A DNA stretch of 35,696 nt from the IMG/VR virus record IMGVR_UViG_3300016263_000689, positions 1-35,696 of that record; one strand, given 5' to 3'. The position numbers were made by a program, and so were the translations under genes. The first letter of the stretch is position 1. Each line of letters starts with the position of its first letter. Source of the DNA: a virus (taxonomy: Duplodnaviria; Caudoviricetes). Shown here one piece after another: positions 1 through 9,459 of the stretch. The notes beneath the pieces were generated by a model. It ran no database searches and had not been told where the DNA came from. It saw nothing but the letters and a program-made list of their open reading frames with translations.

Positions 1-113
1 GCGCGGGTCGCGGTCGGCGAGGTCGTCGAGGTCGCGCATGATGGGTGGTACGAGGCGTCGCCGACGCCGCGGTTCGCTCGGTTGGTCCGCAGCCGCCCCG
101 ACCTCGCGCGGCA

Positions 114-401
114 CTAGTCGCAGCGGGAGAGCAGCGACGACGGCGCGATACCGAGCGCCCACGCGATCCGCAACAGGCGGAACAGCGGCGGCGTACGGAC
201 TCCTCGCTCCCACTGATGAACGGTCGACGCGTCAACGCCGATCGCCGCGGCGAGTTCCGACGCCGCGACGTCTTGCGCCTCGCGGGCGAACCGGATCTCC
301 GCGCCGATGTGGGTCCCGGCATAGGCTTGCGCCCAGCGATTGTCGTGCGGCGTCCGCAGTGCCTTGCCGTGTCGGTCGCGCGACCCGCGTGGACGGCTCA
401 C
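114..401 (-). CDS. XRE-family helix-turn-helix transcriptional regulator (95 aa)
   Basis: C-terminal part of ORF 114..1223: IGAEIRFAREAQDVAASELAAAIGVDASTVHQWERGVRTPPLFRLLRIAWALGI is a textbook HTH_3/XRE pattern. GTG at 401 overlaps the TGA of the upstream gene (GTGA coupling). Confidence 0.85.
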   Translation of the reverse strand: MSRPRGSRDRHGKALRTPHDNRWAQAYAGTHIGAEIRFAREAQDVAASELAAAIGVDASTVHQWERGVRTPPLFRLLRIAWALGIAPSSLLSRCD

Positions 402-1117
402 TCGCCGAACTCCTCTGCGGCCTGCGCCAGCTCCTGCGCCCGCTCTGCGGACTCTGCGAGCGCGTCGAGGAGCTGTTGTCGCGCCGCGGAGCCGGCAAGC
501 TGGACCGCGCGTTGCGACGAGGCCAGTACCGCGTCGGCTACGCCGGCATCCCGTCCGAGGAGCGACGGCTGCGAGAATAGCGGGACCTCCTCCGACAGGA
601 TCGTAAGCACGCGCTGGCGCACTAGCTCCGAGTCCATGCGCCGGGTCGAGACGTTGATGATCCATTCGCCGTATTTCGTCGCCCGCGCGACGATGCTGCG
701 AGTGAAGTGGCCGCTGTCGAACAGCTTGCGTGATTGCTGATCCGAATCGGGGCGGAACGGTCCCTTCGCCTGGAACGCCGCCGCGCTTGCCCGCGCCGCT
801 CCGCGCAGACCGGCAGGACCTCGAGCCGGGTATCGGCGCATCGCCCACGATCTGCCCTCGTCGAACGCTCGTGCCGCGGCGACGCGATACTCCGCGGTCG
901 TCTCGGCGACCTTCGATTGCACTGAGCTGATCGCGTTGGCAAGCGCCGCCGCGATTGCGTCGGCGACGGGTTGGCCGAGGGACTTTGCGTCGAGGTTGAC
1001 GCGGAGCGCGTCGGACTTGACCGTCAACGTGAACTTCTCGCGCTGCTTCTTGCCGACCTTGCGAACCTCGGCGGTCATCGCGCCCCAGTCGTTCAGCGTG
1101 CGCTTGTTGTCGGCCAT
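398..1117 (-). CDS. Phage protein, putative virion morphogenesis/neck protein (Mu gpG/HK97 gp10-like)
   Basis: 239 aa from ATG 1117. It has helical ADAIAAALANAI, then AETTAEYR, then KLFDSGHFTRSI, which resembles the LxDTGxLxxSI motif of neck/tail-completion proteins. Confidence 0.5.
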   Translation of the reverse strand: MADNKRTLNDWGAMTAEVRKVGKKQREKFTLTVKSDALRVNLDAKSLGQPVADAIAAALANAISSVQSKVAETTAEYRVAAARAFDEGRSWAMRRYPARGPAGLRGAARASAAAFQAKGPFRPDSDQQSRKLFDSGHFTRSIVARATKYGEWIINVSTRRMDSELVRQRVLTILSEEVPLFSQPSLLGRDAGVADAVLASSQRAVQLAGSAARQQLLDALAESAERAQELAQAAEEFGE

Positions 1118-1203
1118 GAGTGGACTGTACCTTTTCGCTTGACGCGCCGCGCGAATAACACGCACCCTCGCGGTACAGGGCAGCTCCTGGGTGGTCCAAG
1201 ATT

Positions 1204-1740
1204 ATGGACTCCTGGGAACCCACCGATACGTCCGACGAGCTGTACCGCTGTACGCGGTGCGGTCACGGGCCGTTCGCTCCCGGCGCCGAGTCCTGCAACT
1301 GTCCGGCGGGCGTCGACGACTCCCAGGAGCTGCCCCGCACTGCGAGCGAACCGAGAGGTTCGCGACTTGAGCAGTCGACGCCCGCCGACAACTCTCCCGA
1401 CGTCGACGTTGCGGCCGAGCCGTTATCGAGCGACACCGCCCGCCGCATCGTCGCGCAGATTGCGTATCGACAGTTCAAGGTCGCCGAGCAACTGCGCGAC
1501 TTGAGCAAGAAGGTCCCGAAGGTCAAGCGCCATCAAGACCTGACCATCCTGCAAGCGCAGTCCGCGGTCCTCGAGCGCACCGCAAAGGCGTTTGCCGAGG
1601 CGCGCAAGACCGCCGAGGCTGCCGCGACGCTGGCGCAGGCGAGCGAGGAGGTCGAGCTACTCGACCGCCGCGAAGCGATGGTGCGCCGGCTCGAGAAGCT
1701 CCAAGCTGGACAGGTGCGGGCGCTGGAGGACGCGCATTGA
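1204..1740 (+). CDS. Putative terminase small subunit (N-terminal CxxC..CxC zinc ribbon, helical C-terminus)
   Basis: Directly upstream of the large terminase; CTRCG...CNC motif; coiled-coil C-terminal half. Function inferred from position. Confidence 0.5.
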   Translation: MDSWEPTDTSDELYRCTRCGHGPFAPGAESCNCPAGVDDSQELPRTASEPRGSRLEQSTPADNSPDVDVAAEPLSSDTARRIVAQIAYRQFKVAEQLRDLSKKVPKVKRHQDLTILQAQSAVLERTAKAFAEARKTAEAAATLAQASEEVELLDRREAMVRRLEKLQAGQVRALEDAH

Positions 1741-3533
1741 CGCCGGCGCGCATAGCCGCGTGGGTCGTCGCGCTCGCGGCGTTGTTGGTGGCGTCCCCGT
1801 CGGAGGCAACGGTGCGGCGTAGCCAGCTCAGGCATCGCGAGGCAATCGCGGAGCGGTCGATCGTCGAGCGGCTCGACGAGGCGCGGCGGTTCGTCGACTT
1901 CGGCGTGGTCCTGCACACGGTCGCGCGCGACCCGGCGGGCGTCGAGCTGCTCCCCGGCAAGCCGCGTGTCCGCGTGGTCCGTACGCGCCGCTTCGGCGGG
2001 CTCTATGACTCGCTCGCTCGTCGATGGGCGGGACCGACGCGCAACCCGGTGGTGTGGTGTTGCTCCGAGGAGCAGGAGCAGATCGTCTGGCACGACGACA
2101 CGATGCCCGAGGGCGTGTGGATGCAGGGGTCGATGGGTTCGGGCAAGACCACCGCCGGTGCGATCTGGTTGGCGCGTCGAGTCATCCTCCACGCCGAACA
2201 CCGTGTCGCGGGCGCCGGCGTAACCGCACCAACGCAGCGGCGCATGACCGAGCTGCTCAAGACGATTTTCGGCCCGCGTGACCGCAACGGTGTGCGGCGC
2301 GGCGGGATGTGGCCGGTCGGTTGGTACTCGTGGCGCGAGGGTGATCAAGAAGCGGTCATGGCGACCGGACTCCAGATTGATTTTCGCAGCGCGCACATCG
2401 CCTCGGCCGCCGAGGGTTCGCCGATCCAAGGGCAGAATTGGAGCTTCGTCCTTTCCGACGAATTGCAGGACTACTACGAGCTCGACGGCGACATCCAGAT
2501 GCGCGGTCGCGCCGCGTGGCGCGGGCGCTACGAGCGGTTTGTGACGGCGACGCCGAAGGACGACAGCGGTTACCGGACGTTCAAGTCCGGAATCGACACG
2601 TCGCCCGACTGGCACGTCCAGCGCGTGATCGGCCCCAACAGTCCGTTCACCACCGAGGACTACTGGAAGAAGCGGCTCGCGAACATGAGCCAGCGCGAAG
2701 CGGACCGCAAGGTCTGGGGGCTCGACGTCGGACCGGAGCGCCGGCTCTATCACACCTGGGAGCGCCGCCTCCCCGACGGGTCGCCCGCGAACCTACGTCC
2801 CATCCCCGACCTTGCCGGCGAGGACGTTACGTCCGAGGTGCTGTCGCGGTGGGGGCGTGGTTACTCGGTGCTCGTCGGTCACGACCCGGGACAGCTCTAC
2901 GACGTCAGCGTGTTGCTCAAGGCGTATCGCCTACCCGGGCGCAAGCAACACGTGTGGTACGTCGTCGACGAGGTTACCACCGAGAGCACGACGACGGAGC
3001 AACACGTCGTCGCGTTGCTCAAAGTGTTGCGCGACAAGTACCACGCAAACGAGCTGGACTGGCGCGGGCGTCCCAGCGCGGACGGACGGCAAGCACTTGT
3101 CCGTGCCGACCCGCACTCGCCGCGTGGCGCGTCAAGCAACAGCGAGCGCCCGTCGCGCAACGTGTACGTCCCGTTCCGGCAAGCCGGAATCACGATTATT
3201 CCAGCCTCGTACAACGTCGCGTCTCCGACGAGCGGGCAGCCTCCGCAGCCGGCGGTGATCCGTCGCGAGGACCGGATCGACATGGTGTGTCGACTTCTCT
3301 GCGACGCGTTCGACGAGCGGCGGTTGTTTGTGGCGTGCGACGACCGCGGCGTCCCGGCGGCGCCGAGGACCGTCGAGTCGCTCGAGCGCAGCGAGCGCGA
3401 CGGCACGTTGCGCCCCGAGTCGCAAAAGGGGCTCGCGGACCTGTCGCACTGGACGGCGGCGCTTGGCTACGCGCTTTGGGAGCTTGAGCGTCCGCGCGTA
3501 AGCGACCGGGCGCTACACGGGGGCGTCGCGTGA
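1737..3533 (+). CDS. terL: Terminase large subunit (true start possibly GTG 1812)
   Basis: Walker A MQGSMGSGKTT, Walker B FVLSDELQD, motif III VTATP, nuclease motifs VGHDPG and DLSHWTAALGY. GGAGG at 1802-1806 precedes an in-frame GTG at 1812. Confidence 0.9.
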   Translation: MTPARIAAWVVALAALLVASPSEATVRRSQLRHREAIAERSIVERLDEARRFVDFGVVLHTVARDPAGVELLPGKPRVRVVRTRRFGGLYDSLARRWAGPTRNPVVWCCSEEQEQIVWHDDTMPEGVWMQGSMGSGKTTAGAIWLARRVILHAEHRVAGAGVTAPTQRRMTELLKTIFGPRDRNGVRRGGMWPVGWYSWREGDQEAVMATGLQIDFRSAHIASAAEGSPIQGQNWSFVLSDELQDYYELDGDIQMRGRAAWRGRYERFVTATPKDDSGYRTFKSGIDTSPDWHVQRVIGPNSPFTTEDYWKKRLANMSQREADRKVWGLDVGPERRLYHTWERRLPDGSPANLRPIPDLAGEDVTSEVLSRWGRGYSVLVGHDPGQLYDVSVLLKAYRLPGRKQHVWYVVDEVTTESTTTEQHVVALLKVLRDKYHANELDWRGRPSADGRQALVRADPHSPRGASSNSERPSRNVYVPFRQAGITIIPASYNVASPTSGQPPQPAVIRREDRIDMVCRLLCDAFDERRLFVACDDRGVPAAPRTVESLERSERDGTLRPESQKGLADLSHWTAALGYALWELERPRVSDRALHGGVA

Positions 3534-5032
3534 CGGTGCCGCTGAGCCAGATCCTTGCGACGTTGCCTAGCGGGTCGCAGGGGCGCGCACTGAACGATCA
3601 GGAGCTTGGGACTTATCTCCGCGAGCACCTGGACACCGACGTGGAGAAGGCTCGCAACGCGCGGCACGTTCGCCGCGACGAGCTGTACCGGGACGGGTCC
3701 AGCCGCTACATCCTCGACCTTGTCGAAAAGGTCTTCGAGGACCGGACGGTCCGCGAACTTCGGAAGCGGCTCGTCCCGCTCGCCAAGTACGCCAACCTCG
3801 TCAAGCGCGTCGTCCGAGAGACGTCGACGATGTATTCCGAGCCGGCGCGGCGATACGTCGACGGCGAGGAGAACCAGCGCGCCTATGATCGGATCCTCGG
3901 CGATGAAGGCGTCCGGATGGACGCCGTCTCGCAGGAGATCAACCGGCTGCATAACCTCCACCGCGCGTTGCTTGTCGGCTACCGGATCCGCGTCAATCCC
4001 GACGGGAGCAAGACGCCGGTCCTAGACATCGCGACCCCGTCGATCGTTCGCGCAGTCCTTCACCCGAATGATCCGTCACTCGTCGTCGGGTGGATGATCC
4101 GCTCGAGCTTCCGTACCGCTCGCTCGCTCGTCGGACTGCCGCGGCAGCCGGTGTGGTCGCTGTGGACCGATCACGAATACGGCTGGCTTGACGAGTCGAT
4201 GATGCCGGTCGGTCCGCTCGTGCCGCACGGGTTCGGCGTCAACCGTTGGGTGCCGCTCTCGTACGCGGTCAATCACCCGGGATTCTGGCCGGGCGAGGAA
4301 GGCGAGGACCTCGTGTCGGCGCAGCTCGCGCTTGGGTTGATTGCCGTCCTGCTCATCAAGGAAACCAAGAGCGCGACGCAGCAAACGTTCCTCACGGGCG
4401 ACACGTCCGCGATGGATCGCGCGCAATCGCTCGACACCGAGCGCCCAGGCAGCGTCCCAGAGGGTGTCGGCGTGCTCACCGTCGATATGTCGGTTGACCC
4501 GTCGCAGTTCATCGCGCCGAGCGACCACATCGAGGAGCGCGCGGGCAACGGCTACGGGCTCAGCGGTCCGCTCCTGCGAAACCAAGGCGTCCAGTCCGCG
4601 GAAGCTCGCGAGCTGCTACGGATGCCCTTGCGCGAACTACGCAAGGAGCAAGCGCAGACCTACCGCGTCTTTGAGCGCCAGCTAGCGCGGGTCATGGCGG
4701 CGGTGACGGCGAAAGACGCACCGGAACTTGGGTTCACCGTCGACGGGTGGGGCATCGACTTCGGCGAGTCGCAAACCCCGCTCTCCGAGCGCGAATCGCT
4801 GCAACTGTTCCTCGAGAAGCGCGCGGCCGGCGTCGACAACACGATCGACTACGTCCGTCGGCTCAACCCCGACCTCCCCGACGACGAGGCGGCGCGTGCC
4901 GAGATCCTGACCAACATCAGCGTCGAGACGTGGCGCGTCGGCGAGATGCGCGACCTACAGGCGATATCCGGCGGCATGAGCACCGCCGGCGTCCCGCCCG
5001 AGACAACCCCTTCGGACGAGCAGGCCGTATGA
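3530..5032 (+). CDS. Portal protein (SPP1 gp6-like size and layout)
   Basis: 500 aa directly after terL with GTGA coupling; NLVKRVVRETSTMY..P N-terminal motif; QSAEAR...LRELRKEQ...FERQLAR stem helices. Confidence 0.8.
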   Translation: MTVPLSQILATLPSGSQGRALNDQELGTYLREHLDTDVEKARNARHVRRDELYRDGSSRYILDLVEKVFEDRTVRELRKRLVPLAKYANLVKRVVRETSTMYSEPARRYVDGEENQRAYDRILGDEGVRMDAVSQEINRLHNLHRALLVGYRIRVNPDGSKTPVLDIATPSIVRAVLHPNDPSLVVGWMIRSSFRTARSLVGLPRQPVWSLWTDHEYGWLDESMMPVGPLVPHGFGVNRWVPLSYAVNHPGFWPGEEGEDLVSAQLALGLIAVLLIKETKSATQQTFLTGDTSAMDRAQSLDTERPGSVPEGVGVLTVDMSVDPSQFIAPSDHIEERAGNGYGLSGPLLRNQGVQSAEARELLRMPLRELRKEQAQTYRVFERQLARVMAAVTAKDAPELGFTVDGWGIDFGESQTPLSERESLQLFLEKRAAGVDNTIDYVRRLNPDLPDDEAARAEILTNISVETWRVGEMRDLQAISGGMSTAGVPPETTPSDEQAV

Positions 5033-5141
5033 GCTCGTCGTCATTCGCGGCGCATCGGCTGACGCCGCACGGAGTCACCCACCGTAACGGGTGCAGGCAC
5101 GCCGGTCGCAAGACCCCACAGGCGAGGAGAAGCGAGTAGCG

Positions 5142-5783
5142 ATGTTCCAGCGTCACAAGCTCCAGCAAGAAGCGGACGCCTCCAACGGAGGCGGAGCCGC
5201 GCCCGCACCTACCACGGCGCAAGGTTCGGTCCTCGACGGCGACACGCTCCGCGCGTTGACCGGCGAGATCCGAAACGCAGTGTTCGCCGAACTGCGACGG
5301 AGCGGAGCGTTGCGCGAGCCCAGCGAGAAGACCGCACCGAAGCCGACGCGAGCCGAGCCGGCTGGCGACGTTGAGGAGCGTCTTGCTGCACTCCAGGCCG
5401 ATAGCGTGCGGATGCGTGCCTACGACCGTGCTTGCGCGTCGCTCGGACTCGACGACGACCAAGCCGCGATGCTCGAGGGTATGTACCGCTCCGCGAACGT
5501 CGGACCGGAGCAAGCTCGCGAGTGGCTGACCGCGACCGCGACGAAGCTGAAGCTGACCGGACGCACAACCGTCAACCCACCACAATCCACGCCGCCGGCT
5601 TCTCCCTCAAGGAGCGTGTCCGATGCCGGCGCCCCATCCGCACCGCTCGCAGCGACCGAGGACACCTCGGCGCTGGTGATGTCGCCGGCAGACCGTGCCG
5701 CGTACATCAAGCAGCACGGCATGGCGGCGTTCCGCGCGAAGGTGCAACGCGACGCAAAGGGAAGCCGCGTCGGTATCCGCTGA
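5142..5783 (+). CDS. Capsid scaffolding protein
   Basis: ATG 5142 after GAGGAG. The MFQRHKLQQEADASNGGG start, low-complexity Ala/Pro helical body and C-terminal MSPADRAAYIKQHG are typical of scaffolds. Lies between portal and capsid. Confidence 0.7.
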   Translation: MFQRHKLQQEADASNGGGAAPAPTTAQGSVLDGDTLRALTGEIRNAVFAELRRSGALREPSEKTAPKPTRAEPAGDVEERLAALQADSVRMRAYDRACASLGLDDDQAAMLEGMYRSANVGPEQAREWLTATATKLKLTGRTTVNPPQSTPPASPSRSVSDAGAPSAPLAATEDTSALVMSPADRAAYIKQHGMAAFRAKVQRDAKGSRVGIR

Positions 5784-5798
5784 CGAAAGGATCGCGTC

Positions 5799-6758
5799 AT
5801 GGCCAACGAGACTACGACCACCACCCTCGACGACCTCACCCACGCCTCGCTGATCGAGCCGTACTTGATCGCGGCGCTCAGCGAGCAACCCGGGCTCTAT
5901 CGCTTCTGCAAGGAGTTCGATCTCCGCGGCAAGTCCACCAAGGCGCTCGACATCCCGATCGAGACGTCGTGGTGGGGCAGCGCCAACGACGACGGCGTCG
6001 GCGTCGACACCGAGTTCAACGCCACCGAGGGTACCGTGCTGAGCAACACCGCGGTGTCGATCAACACCAAGGTGACGATCACCGCCGCGGAGTATGGAGT
6101 CGCAATCGAGGTTACGGACAACGTCGACGAGGATTCTGTCGACGGTCTGGACCTGATGCTGCGCCTTGAGCAGCGAATGCTCCACGTCCTGTCGCTGGCG
6201 ATGGAGGACGACTTCCTCGCGCTGTTCAACTCGTTGTCCAACGGTGTCGGCACCTCTGGTGTGGACCTCACCGTGGCGCAGCTCCTCGACGCGATCACCG
6301 GCATCCGGATCCGCGGCGCGGTCGCGGACTCGCTCGTCGGCGTCCTCGACAACGCCCAGGCGAACGACCTCCAGACCGCGCTTATCGCGACCAACGCCGC
6401 CGCGGCGGTGTTCGCGCTGTCGGCTGACCGGATCATCAACTACAACCCGAGCGCGGATCGCGGGCTGTCGGCGCAGCGTCAGGTTGCGACGTTCGCCGGC
6501 GTGCCGATGTTCACCTCCGGTCTGACCGACACCGCGAACGGCGGCGCCGATGTCGCCGGTGCGGTGTTCGTCCCGTCGACGGCGTTCAACGACCAGACCG
6601 GCCACGTCACCTACGGCATGGCGTGGAAGCGGTTGCCGAGGTTCGAGATGGAGCGCAACGCGAAGCTCCGCACGACCGACCTCGTGATGACGTGCCGTTG
6701 GGGCGTCGCCGAGATGAACGACGGGTCGGGCACCAAGATCGTCACCGACGCGCCGTGA
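5799..6758 (+). CDS. Major capsid protein (HK97 fold expected)
   Basis: 319 aa with strongly biased codons. It contains ATEGT..SNTA...KVTITAAEYG.AIEVTD, VATFAGVPMFTS and C-terminal EMERNAKLRTTDLVMTCRWGVAEM, and follows the scaffold. Confidence 0.88.
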   Translation: MANETTTTTLDDLTHASLIEPYLIAALSEQPGLYRFCKEFDLRGKSTKALDIPIETSWWGSANDDGVGVDTEFNATEGTVLSNTAVSINTKVTITAAEYGVAIEVTDNVDEDSVDGLDLMLRLEQRMLHVLSLAMEDDFLALFNSLSNGVGTSGVDLTVAQLLDAITGIRIRGAVADSLVGVLDNAQANDLQTALIATNAAAAVFALSADRIINYNPSADRGLSAQRQVATFAGVPMFTSGLTDTANGGADVAGAVFVPSTAFNDQTGHVTYGMAWKRLPRFEMERNAKLRTTDLVMTCRWGVAEMNDGSGTKIVTDAP

Positions 6759-6788
6759 CCAACATCCGACGCACGTAGTGGCGTCACC

Positions 6789-6840
6789 GCGGCGCGGGTT
6801 AGACCGCTCAGCCCGGGGGCAGTACCCGGGCGCCGCACCG
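6789..6840 (+). other. tRNA-like minihelix (acceptor stem plus T-arm-like hairpin) in the intergenic gap after the capsid gene
   Basis: GCGGCGC 6789-95 pairs with GCGCCGC 6830-36. CCGGG 6813-17 / CCCGG 6825-29 close a 7-nt loop GGCAGTA, followed by ACC. No anticodon arm. Confidence 0.4.
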
Positions 6841-6861
6841 CAGAAAAAAAGGAGGCAGCAA

Positions 6862-7548
6862 GTGGCAGAACCGATCCTTTGGGCGCACAAGGCAGCCGCG
6901 ACGCGAACTCGCATCGCGCGGCGGTGGAACGAGGCGACGCAAAAGTTGGAGATCGCCGTCGACGAGGAGACTGGGCTCCCGGTGCGCGAGCGTGTTCCGC
7001 AGCGGGCGCACGAGGCGTCGTCTGGCTACAGCGAGCCGCGCGTTGCCCGGCATCAACGCACGCTCTACGTCCTCCAGCATGACGGAACGATCGCGCACGT
7101 CCCGACGACGATGGGTGCCGGCGACATCGACGGCGCGGACCACTTCGGCAAGTACGTCCGCGCGAAGGCTCGTCACTTTGGATGGCTTCCGGTCGGGCAG
7201 TGTCCGCTCCGCGCCGTTGCGGCTGGAACGGTTCAGCCTCACCAGCTCCGCGACGCGAACCTTCGCGCCAGCGCAACGGACGGGACTGGCAAGGCGTGTC
7301 AAGGCTCGTACGGCGAGGAGCGGTGGTGTCCGCACTTCGTCGCCGAGGAACGCGCCCGCAAGGAGCTGAACGCGAAGGTCCAGGCGAAGCGCGCAGCCGC
7401 TCACCAGAGCGAGGCAGACAAGATCATCCGCGCCGGTCAGCAGCAGACCAAGGAGATCGTGAGCGGCGTCGCGAACGTGCTTGCCGACGCGATCCGGTTG
7501 TCGCAGCCCGAGCCGGCGCCGCGCAGCAAGCGAGGCGAGACGCCGTGA
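6862..7548 (+). CDS. Hypothetical phage protein (Cys-containing)
   Basis: GTG 6862 after AAGGAGG; in frame with ORF 6778..7548; coupled to the next gene by GTGA. Confidence 0.7.
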   Translation: MAEPILWAHKAAATRTRIARRWNEATQKLEIAVDEETGLPVRERVPQRAHEASSGYSEPRVARHQRTLYVLQHDGTIAHVPTTMGAGDIDGADHFGKYVRAKARHFGWLPVGQCPLRAVAAGTVQPHQLRDANLRASATDGTGKACQGSYGEERWCPHFVAEERARKELNAKVQAKRAAAHQSEADKIIRAGQQQTKEIVSGVANVLADAIRLSQPEPAPRSKRGETP

Positions 7549-8216
7549 CCGCTCCGGGCGCAGGGAAGCTCACCGGCGGTGTCCGTCCCGAGGACTACCG
7601 TCCGGCGCCGCTGCGTCCGCTCACGACGCCGCAGGAGCTCAAGGAAGCGACGGTGCGGGACTACGCGCTCGCCGCGCAACGGACCGGGCAGCCGGTTGAC
7701 GTCGCGGCGATTGAGCGGGTCGCCGTCGAGCACCTGCGTATCGTCGACGCGTACCGAGCCGGCGTGGACACCACGGCGCGTCCAGCTCCGCAGGAGCGCC
7801 CGAATCACGCCGCCGCGGCGGTCGCAGCGGACCCGGACAGCGGCGTCAAGCTCCGCGAGCGTGGCGCACCGGACCTTGTCGCGCCGCTCCATGGCAAGGG
7901 TCGCCGCGACGGGAAGTGGGCGCACGCTCGAGCTCGACTGCGGCGAATCCTGGAAGGGATGACCCCGAAGTTCCGGACCACGGCGCAGGGCGCCGAGCTG
8001 GACTTCGACGGCTCGACGGCGACCGCGCAGATCCCGCAGCTCGCACGCCGCTACTACCGACTCTGGGGAAACTTCCTGCACCGCAACCGGCGGTCGCGAC
8101 ACAACCCGTTCGCGGGGATGAGCGACGCGGACGCGTGCCGGATGTTCATCGCGGAGGTGTACGCGATCTGCGATGCGTCGACGGGCCGGCTCGGTCAATG
8201 GTGGGTGCCGCGGTGA
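7545..8216 (+). CDS. Hypothetical phage protein
   Basis: GTG 7545 overlaps the upstream TGA; 223 aa; coupled to the next gene. Confidence 0.7.
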   Translation: MTAPGAGKLTGGVRPEDYRPAPLRPLTTPQELKEATVRDYALAAQRTGQPVDVAAIERVAVEHLRIVDAYRAGVDTTARPAPQERPNHAAAAVAADPDSGVKLRERGAPDLVAPLHGKGRRDGKWAHARARLRRILEGMTPKFRTTAQGAELDFDGSTATAQIPQLARRYYRLWGNFLHRNRRSRHNPFAGMSDADACRMFIAEVYAICDASTGRLGQWWVPR

Positions 8217-9166
8217 CGGAGGTGCAAGACATCCTGTTCGGCATCGCCGGGCAGACGCTTTACTTTGACGCGCCCGAGGGTCGCCCGTCGTCGGTGACCA
8301 GCGTCGAGGTCTTCGCGGACGAGAGCGCCGACACGTCGCCCGCCGAGACGGCGATCACCGGCGTGGGTTCGGTCGAGGCGATCTCGACGACGTTCACCAA
8401 CCCCAGCGGACCGAATCAGGACGACCCCTACAAGCTCCACCTCACCTCGGTGGCTGGGCTGATCCGCTCGACGCCAGCGAACCGCCGGTGGTACTGGGCG
8501 ACCGCGACGGACGGGGCGCGCGAACAGGTCGAGGTGGCGCGTATCGAGTCGGCGAGTAATCACGGCTACGGGCGCAACCCGCTGACGCAGGAGTACGTCA
8601 GCGGCAACACGTTCGACTCGCCGCGCATCGTGGCGACCGTGGCGACGGCATGGTGTAGCGACCTCAACAAGATCAGCGACCCGTTGAACCCCAACCCGCG
8701 CTACCGGGTGCGCTGGGTCTACGTCGTCGGCGGGGTGACGTGCGTCGGCGTGTCGTGGTTCGACGTCGTCCGTTACTCCGCGTTGTCGACGGTGACGCCG
8801 ATGGACGTCGAGCGCAGGTTTGCGGGATGGCTGCATCGGCTGCCGATTGACGAGCGGCTCGAACAGGGGCAGCGAATCATCCGCGAGGCGCAGCGCGAGG
8901 TGGGCGTCCGGTTGCTCGAGCTGGGCAAGGGACTGGCGCCGCAACGCAACTCGCCGGCGCTCAACGAGCTGGTCCTCTACATGGCGCGGCTCATCGCGCA
9001 CGAACAGCAGTTCGACGACGGCGCGGACAACGCGGCGCAGGTCGACCGCGCGGCTCGAGAGTTCGAGCGCCGGCTTGGGTTGCTCCGCGAGCCGAAGGTC
9101 AATCAGCAGACGACATCGGACGGCGGCGGTGCGCCGACGTTCCAGGTCCCGATCTTCCGGAGGTAG
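8213..9166 (+). CDS. Putative head-tail adaptor with N-terminal beta-rich extension
   Basis: GTG 8213. The C-terminal ~120 aa (TVTPMDVERRF...IIREAQREV...LNELVLYMARL...AREFERRL) has the helical pattern of head-completion adaptors; position after the head genes. Confidence 0.5.
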   Translation: MTEVQDILFGIAGQTLYFDAPEGRPSSVTSVEVFADESADTSPAETAITGVGSVEAISTTFTNPSGPNQDDPYKLHLTSVAGLIRSTPANRRWYWATATDGAREQVEVARIESASNHGYGRNPLTQEYVSGNTFDSPRIVATVATAWCSDLNKISDPLNPNPRYRVRWVYVVGGVTCVGVSWFDVVRYSALSTVTPMDVERRFAGWLHRLPIDERLEQGQRIIREAQREVGVRLLELGKGLAPQRNSPALNELVLYMARLIAHEQQFDDGADNAAQVDRAAREFERRLGLLREPKVNQQTTSDGGGAPTFQVPIFRR

Positions 9167-9168
9167 TC

Positions 9169-9459
9169 ATGCCGCTCAGCACTCCAGATAGCGACGTCAA
9201 GCAGATCACCAGCGCGTCGGTCACGTTCGACACCACGATGGTGTCGGGTGTCCAGTACGTTCTCCGCGGTTCGTGCGACCTCTGGTATCGAATCAGCTCC
9301 GCAAGCACCGCGGCGCAAGCGAACACGGACGCGAACCACTACCTCCCGAAGGGAGCCACGGCGCTCGTGGCGGCGAAGGGTGCGGCGAACAAGATCACCG
9401 CGATCCGCGACGCCGTCGACGGGTACGCGAGTCTCTCGGAGCTCGTCGGAGTCGCGTGA
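9169..9459 (+). CDS. Small beta-rich virion protein (hypothetical)
   Basis: 96 aa, RBS GGAGG upstream, within the structural operon. Confidence 0.65.
   Translation: MPLSTPDSDVKQITSASVTFDTTMVSGVQYVLRGSCDLWYRISSASTAAQANTDANHYLPKGATALVAAKGAANKITAIRDAVDGYASLSELVGVA

Noticed and set aside
1175-1187. 13-nt match ACAGGGCAGCTCC shared with the RAMP gene leader (27127-27139, minus)
   Set aside because: Both copies are intergenic, but 13-mer matches are expected by chance in a GC-rich 36-kb sequence and there is no further support.
114-1223. 369-aa ORF as a single long HTH protein
   Set aside because: The N-terminal 274 codons overlap the 398-1117 gene in another frame and are Arg/Gly-rich noise; only 114-401 looks real.
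1737-1811. Signal-peptide-like N-terminus on the large terminase
   Set aside because: A GGAGG RBS precedes an in-frame GTG at 1812, so the hydrophobic stretch is probably not translated. Secretion makes no sense for TerL.
3026-3050. Self-target of guide unit 1 in terL (CGC GAC AAG TAC)
   Set aside because: Only four consecutive dinucleotides match the gapped pattern and the rest mismatch; consistent with chance.
6789-6840. Bona fide tRNA gene
   Set aside because: Too short (about 50 nt), with no anticodon arm and no TTC in the loop; kept only as a tRNA-like structure.
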